Origin: Octopus sinensis
Taxonomy: Eukaryota
NCBI RefSeq assembly: GCF_006345805.1
Contig: NC_042997.1
Coordinates: forward strand, 2,914,001-2,978,000
Reading direction: 5' to 3'
Length of the DNA: 64,000 nucleotides
A program made the translations under genes and the position numbers. The notes below the pieces were generated by a model. That model was given only the letters and a program-made list of their open reading frames with translations, did not search any database and was not told the origin of the DNA. Below, one piece after another: positions 57,573 to 64,000 of this stretch; positions within the stretch are counted from its first letter, which is position 1, and the number at the start of each line of letters is the position of its first letter.

Positions 57573-57862
57573 TTCTCTTTATAAAGGTCCTGAAATCTCT
57601 ACACAGCCTTGGCTTTGTTGCCTCATATATATCTAACATATACATGCTCCTGAAAGACCCGTATTAAACTTCTCATTTGTATCATTACCGAACCGAGAGT
57701 TTAACTACATTCCTACAATAGCTTACATAGCGTTACCTACCACCGTGCGTTTTTTGGATACCAATACCTCGCATATGTATATAGGGAGAGTTTACGAAAA
57801 AAACAACAACAAAGGACGAAGACAGGTGGTGTATTAGTATAATGCTCAGGAAAAGAAAAAGT

Positions 57863-57898
57863 CTTTTACGTTTCGAGCCTACGCTCTTCTACAGAAAG
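57863..57898 (-). ncRNA. Minimal hammerhead-like motif with variant core (CUGUAGA), inside a PLE-derived repeat at ~57780-57950
   Basis: Minus strand reads CTTT-CTGTAGA-aGAGCgtagGCTC-GAAA-CG-TA-AAAG. Helices I and II pair perfectly. Confidence 0.62.
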
Positions 57899-58511
57899 GG
57901 ACACAGAAAATAACAAGGAGAGAAAAAAAGTGTGTGCAGTGGCTATATTTTCTTTCAGCATAGTGATACTAATATAGTTACGTTAGAATCTAATATACAT
58001 ATGGTTCAGAATAAAAAGGCAGTTGACTGTAGAGCAGTAGTAAATAATTCAAATGAGAATTGAAGAAGAAATTGTCTTGAACTTCATTAGCGTAATGCAG
58101 ATAGCATGCAACGCATTCATATAGCAATGCTTGCGTATCACCCTAAGTCTACACGGGAGCTCGACGCATGAAACACTTCGGTGAAGAGTTAGCGTAATAC
58201 ACAATCCTTCCTTCAACTCTCAAGCACTTGGTATTATGTCATCAAAGAAAAATAATGAATATATGTTAGACGGGGAAGATTTACAGTTTACAAGGTGCTT
58301 CCGTGGAGATACATGCTTTTATTTAACTAACCTCCTGTATATTCACGGATGTACCGACCAATATCCATATCCCCCGGAGTAAGATGTGCTGTGAAGATTA
58401 TTCTCTCGCCTATATTCTTCTAACTACTTTTACTCTTTATTCTTCTATTTTACTGTGAATCTTATTCCTTGTACAATTTAAATCTTCCCTATCTAAAATA
58501 TCCATACCCTG

Positions 58512-58586
58512 TCTCTGATGACGGTATACATAGTGCACGGACTTCCTAACCAACCCCTTTTCTTTTTCAACGAAAGGGCTGTAAGA
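58512..58586 (+). ncRNA. Degenerate hammerhead motif with long helix II region
   Basis: TCT-CTGATGA-[~50 nt]-GAAA-gggct-GTA-AGA. Confidence 0.45.
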
Positions 58587-58829
58587 TTTAAAATTTATCT
58601 TTGTTTAATTAAATTATTCTAAATGATATGAGATACACGTTCTGCCTTGGTTTTCATTTTCTACCTATTGTAATATATACATGCTATAAACAAACCCAAA
58701 ACACAGATTTTTAGAAGCAGTCTTCGCTGTGATCTTGGAACCCAACGATCGACCAACTATAGCACTTACGCAGCGTACCTATTCATTTAGATCACCCGTG
58801 TATTAAAACCCTCATATTCTTTATATCTA

Positions 58830-58875
<46 letters not shown>

Positions 58876-59049
58876 CCCTTTTTTATTCATTCAGTGAAAA
58901 CACGAAATAAATGAAACGTGGACGACATGAATCATGCAATGTAATGCGATTACGTAGTTCAACCAGATGAAAAAGATTTCATAATCAAATGTTTACAATA
59001 TGAAATTAGTAATGCGGTTGTAACATAAATGTCAAAACGTATATGACCA

Positions 59050-61797
59050 CATATGACAAATTAAGTGAAGAAATATTTGACAAGATTCTCCTTAGAAGAA
59101 ATTTGGATGAAATTCCTGTAAAAGCGCAAGACGTAATTGAGAAAAATTAGGAAGTTGATAATTTTGATGTAGGTGAAACAAATGACGTAAAAGTTAACGA
59201 TATTGAAAATGATATCAGTATGAACAAAACCCCAGAGTCATCTGACCACACAAAGTTAAATGAAGTATACAACATCTAAAGGAAATGATGAGAGAATTAT
59301 CTTCCGCACAATGACAAAATATATGAAATTTAAAACGTATAAGAACTGAATTTGTATCAAAGTATGTACTGGAAGTATTATCGTAAATTTACGCAATAAA
59401 CATAGAACTGACACGTTCATTGCAATAATTTCAATTGTGGTGGAAAACATGCTTAGTTTGAAAATTTGAACAAATGGAGTGAAAAACTCAGATCAAGTGT
59501 AGAAGCGAAATATGGGGTCGAATTGACCAAGAAATTGGTAACTTAAAGATAAATAGCCAGTTGGGCTGAGAGGAACATTTATTAATATCAAATAAAAAGC
59601 GTTGAAGACAGTTATTGAGAATTTGAAAAAACAAAAATGATGCCAGAGTAAAACGTTACACAGAAAAATATAATACGATAAAGAGAACAGGAGACACATA
59701 TCAACACTGGGAATATGAGAACGAGATTATACTGAACTGATATTTGGTAAAAGGAACAAATTACATTGAAAACGTTGGATAAAAATGGAAAAGCAAGGAA
59801 ATATAGTAAGAATGTAGTAAGAATGGGAAATAAAATAATAGAATGTTGGCCAATTGGAATGTTCCTGCAAGAGATGATATTCAGTGACGTGGGATGAAAT
59901 AATTGAAGGATTGCACTCCTGTATTGCAATTTGTGAATGGATTACATCCGATATAGCATGTCACCTGACGTATCATATATTTCCCTCTAATGCGGAATAT
60001 TTTGACAGGAGTTATTTCAGAATGAATGAACAACCAACCTGAAAGAAATAAATTGCTACTTCGAAGAACAAAATGACTTGAAAAGAGGCACAAATGATAA
60101 AAAAAAAAATACTCATTAACTACCTTATATTGCAAAATAATAAAACACGGAAAAAGTATGGTGGACAAATTGTCGTGTGTGTCTTTTCAGGTGATACCTC
60201 ATTCTTGGACAACAATTACTTGACGCGTAGAATAGCAGATAATGTCCTGAACATATTCTCAGAGAGAATGAATCATGGAAAAAAACCCAGCTTACAACAA
60301 GGGATGAAAAGCCTAGCGGACTTAAAAGAAGAAACCTTTCTAAATGTAACAGACTTTCGCCGCTACTGTTCCATAATAAGGTTGGTGCCAAGGTTCGTAT
60401 TCTGCGAAATATAAAAAATAAATGGATAGTGTTGGGGGAAATGAAAAGAAACGAAAATAAATCATCCTATTTTTATGGATGATGTGAAACTCTACAGAAG
60501 TAATGAAAAAAGATTAAAAAGTCTGACAAATACAATGAGAATTTTAACTATAAATATATAGATAGAGTTCAGAGTAAAGAAATGTGGTAATTGTATATAG
60601 AAACGTGGAAAGGTAGTAAGGAGAGCTGAAATGGAGTTGACCTCTAAAAAGGTTACAGAGGAAGATGACACACATAAATAATAGATAAACCACGGTACAT
60701 TCGAAGCAGAGGAAATAATTTATACCATCATGAAATATATAGTCCAAACCAATACTACAGTCACATCGAAATAGTGGCCTTATCAAAGCCCAATGACAGT
60801 AACACCATAAATATTTATAAATTGATTGGTATTAACACTTGTAATCTGCAGGATGTGAATTGTTGTCTTGCAGACTGTTGTTGCAAAATAGTGATTAAAA
60901 TATGAAAGAACTCTTAACAAGGAACAAGTAGTACCACCCACAGAGTGAGTGCTGTAGAGCAAATGCTAATTACCTGACAGAAAATTTGCTAAGGCTAAAT
61001 GATTCAGAAAGTGAACAGCCATATATATTAGAAAATCCAATGAGAAAGTGTTATGCGCATTTATCTAAAATGGCCTACTACAACATGAGAAACCATTCGT
61101 GGAAATGAGAAAAAAAAAATACAAACAAACAAACAAAAACGAGATAAGAATAAAGAGAGAAAGTGTGGCATGAAAATAAAAACAGAATATATTACATGAA
61201 AAAATTTAAATTGATACAGAAGAAGCAGAAGTCATCTATATCCTATTTCGGAAGTGTTTACAAGAAGGTTTTGAGAAAGAAAAAGATAGACTCATGTTTA
61301 CAACACATGATCAAACTCATGGCACAAATTGACTTAAGAAAGATCTATAAGAGGAGGCGTAAATTTTCCATGTAATATCAGAATTTTGAAAGATAATACA
61401 AATTTGATATAATCCAAATTATAAAAACATGGCCAGGATCCTCTATGAAATACTGTACAAGAAAGATGGGTTTAATATTGAGATCTAACAGTATGTAACA
61501 CACAACTACGTAAAATAATGAAAAATAGTTGAGTATTTTCATAAAAATGCGACCATATGTTAGAACAGAAGGAAGATAAAAATCATGGCGTTATTGACAC
61601 AGGAATTTCAAGGAACAGATGCAAGAATATAGAAAGTATTTAGGAAAAGAAAATAAATATAGGCACAGGTGTGGCTGTGTGTTAAGTAGTTAGGGGGTCC
61701 AGTTCCACTGCGTGACAATTGTCTTCTACTGTAGCCTTGGGCCGAATAAAGCGTTGTAAGTGGAGATTTGGTAGAAACTGAAAGAAGCCCGTCGTAA

Positions 61798-61874
<77 letters not shown>

Positions 61875-62350
61875 GTGTGTGTGTGTGTGAGTGTGAGTGC
61901 GTGTGTGTGTGTGTGTGATTGCATTTGTCCCCCCCACATCGCTTGACGTAATTGAGAAAAATGAGGAAGTTGATAATTTTGATGTTGTGAAACAAATGAC
62001 GGTGTGTTTACGTCCCCGTAACCTAGCGGTTCGGCAAAAGGGAAAGATGGAATAATTACTAGGCTTACAAATAATAAGACCTAGGGTGATTTGTGCGACT
62101 AAAGGCGGTGCTCCTAAATACCAGCAGTCAAATGACTGAAACAAGTAAAAGAGTTAAAAAATGTACAATCGACTAAAACCTGAAAGCGATATGGAAATTA
62201 AAGGAAGCACGTGTAACTCAAACACACGCGTTCGAATTACTCGCCACCAACCTCAAATTCCAGAGAGATATGTTACTACTCAAAAGTAGCCGCGAGGCAC
62301 CGCAGCTCGTATTCCAAACCACGTTGCTTCGAACATCAGGGATCATAAGA
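59050..62350 (+). mobile_element. Old, heavily decayed R4/Dong LINE interrupted by a SINE
   Basis: RT motif FMDDVKLY...LKSLTNTMRI at ~60470-60545, plus VKKCG, YHPQSE and a QKVA C-terminal remnant. (TAG)n follows at 62429. Confidence 0.65.
61662..62154 (+). mobile_element. SINE family A, near full length, with a foreign 57-bp insert
   Basis: Head GGCACAGGTGTGGCTGTG, body, (TA)/(TG) tract and tail GACTGAAACAAGTAAAAGAGT. Confidence 0.87.
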
Positions 62351-62428
62351 AGAAAGCTTGAAATCTATTTCCGCCGGGAACAGTTTACTCTCAAAGAAAA
62401 AATTATTCTGGTTCAGAACCTGTATATT

Positions 62429-62465
<37 letters not shown>

Positions 62466-62889
62466 TGTTGTTGTTGTGTGAGGCGAAGGAGACAGAGAAA
62501 GAGGAGGAAGATGAGGAGAGGAGAGAGGAGAAGGAGAGGAAAAAGAGGAGGGGAAGCTGTAATCTTAGCAACATCAGTAACATCAAAACACCATCGAAAG
62601 AATGCATTTAAAATTGTTCCCGGCCTTTTCTTAAGTAACAGAGAAAATCTGGTTTGCGCACGACTTAAGAAATGTAATTTTGGCCGTGATATTTTACGCT
62701 GTATATGCCATTGCTGTGTTCATTTACGGACACTAATATCTTAGATAAAATCTACTCGTTACTTTTACTAATCATTTCTGTTTCCAGATTGGAAGATTCT
62801 TTAAACACTATAAACTGCACACATATTCTTTTCTACACTATTAACATTATTCACACTTGAAGTTTTGTTCTCATCGTGTTTGCTGTTAA

Positions 62890-62931
62890 CACAACGTTTC
62901 GGCTGATATACCCACCAGCCTTCATCAGGTG
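62890..62931 (-). ncRNA. Intact minimal type-I hammerhead ribozyme motif
   Basis: Minus strand reads CAC-CTGATGA-aGGCTGGtgggtataTCAGCC-GAAA-CG-TT-GTG. Helices I and II pair and helix III is reduced to the ACGT palindrome. Confidence 0.8.
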
Positions 62932-62937
62932 CCCACA

Positions 62938-63200
62938 GGCCTATAGCGTAGTGGTTAAAAGAATGGGCTACTAAACCCATGATTCCGAGTTTGATTCCAG
63001 GCAGTGACCTGTATAATAATAATAGTAATAATAATAATAATAATAATAATATAATAATGATGATGATGATGATGGTGGTGATATAAATAATAATAATAAC
63101 AACATCGAAAAATATACCGTAGAAATGAGGACCCAGGCTCGAAATTTCTCCAAGACATCTGACGAAGGCTGGAAACGTTGTGTAAATAATGTAAATAATA
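62938..63200 (+). mobile_element. tRNA-headed SINE-like element with (TAA)n middle and hammerhead-bearing tail
   Basis: A box TAGCGTAGTGG and B-box-like GTTTGATTCC, then (TAA/TGA)n, then ACAT-CTGACGA-aggctg-GAAA-CG-TT-GTGT at 63155-63183, in which helix II is partly deleted. Confidence 0.65.
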
Positions 63201-64000
63201 TATATAATTCCACGTCTCTTAAATATATTCTTTTGTGCAAAAATTAAAGTAAGGTATCTGATATCCCATGCATTTTTTTGCAAACAAACAAGACAATTTA
63301 TTTCCTAACTAATAACGTTCAGTTGTAAGCGCCATCTACATCTGTGAGATATATACTTTATACCGCATTCCTATCAAGGCAGCCTCGTCTTTTGTCATCA
63401 TGTAAATAAGAAATACATTGCAACCTCTGGTCCACAGATATTACTGCCATTTTCACTATACTTAACCTCAGGAACCTCCGTGTGCCAGAGTCTACTACAC
63501 TCGTGTCGCCTCCATATAGCATACATAAATCATCAGTTTTTTTCTCTCATCACCTATGTTGCTTGGAGCATCGCAAATATTCCGGTCATAAATGCTTTAC
63601 ATTTTTCCTTCTAAAAACGTCGATAGTATAATATTTCCTTCGTGTACGTAGCGTTCCTGTCGTTGTCAATTTCACTGGAACGTTATCGGCATCAATCTCA
63701 TACGTTTCGCATGGGAGAACTAGCGAAAATTATTGGCACAACTTTCTCGTTGAAAACAAACGAATTAAAAAATAATCACGGTAGCTCGTGTTTGTTTGCA
63801 TTTTCCATCAAATTTAACATCGTGTCGCTAGCGGTATCAATAAAAATAATTGAATGTATGTATAACGTGCAATATTTGATGAATGGTCATGCATAGTGAA
63901 GCAAAGAAGTACAACATCTAATATTTTGGAAGCTGCATAATATTAGCAGATAATTGCGTGTGTAAACATCAGGAGTGGAGATTTGCTAAACATAAATATA

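Noticed and set aside
62938-63011. Functional tRNA gene
   Set aside because: The cloverleaf and B box are imperfect and it runs into a repeat body without a terminator, so it is treated as a SINE head.
63380-63560. Possible mariner N-terminal remnant on the minus strand (LYGGDTSVVDSGTRR)
   Set aside because: The similarity is too weak and I found no TIR.

Overview
This is an AT-rich eukaryotic window dominated by repeats, with no host protein-coding gene that I can identify with confidence. The SINE heads and tails, the (TA)n/(TG)n/(TAA)n microsatellites, the R4/Dong LINEs and the Penelope-like elements resemble an octopod cephalopod (Octopus) genome; this is inferred from remembered repeat families, not from a search. 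Contents: several R4/Dong-type (restriction-like endonuclease) non-LTR retrotransposon remnants, a decayed Ty3/Gypsy pol, an RTE fragment, two mariner relics and one Tigger/pogo relic, non-autonomous Helitrons, three or four tRNA-derived SINE families and many Penelope-like (PLE) remnants. Main points of interest: (i) about 15 minimal type-I hammerhead-ribozyme motifs with palindromic helix III and very variable helix II, including one in a tRNA-headed SINE-like element that has an inverted copy of its tail; (ii) a ~2 kb composite segment present as an inverted pair ~9.4 kb apart, one copy of which splits the Gypsy pol; (iii) a 57-bp locally templated insertion inside a SINE; (iv) a ~550-bp non-coding element embedded in (TAA)n next to a young R4/Dong copy. 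Most ORFs in the supplied track are microsatellite artefacts. All alignments were made by eye and boundaries are approximate.
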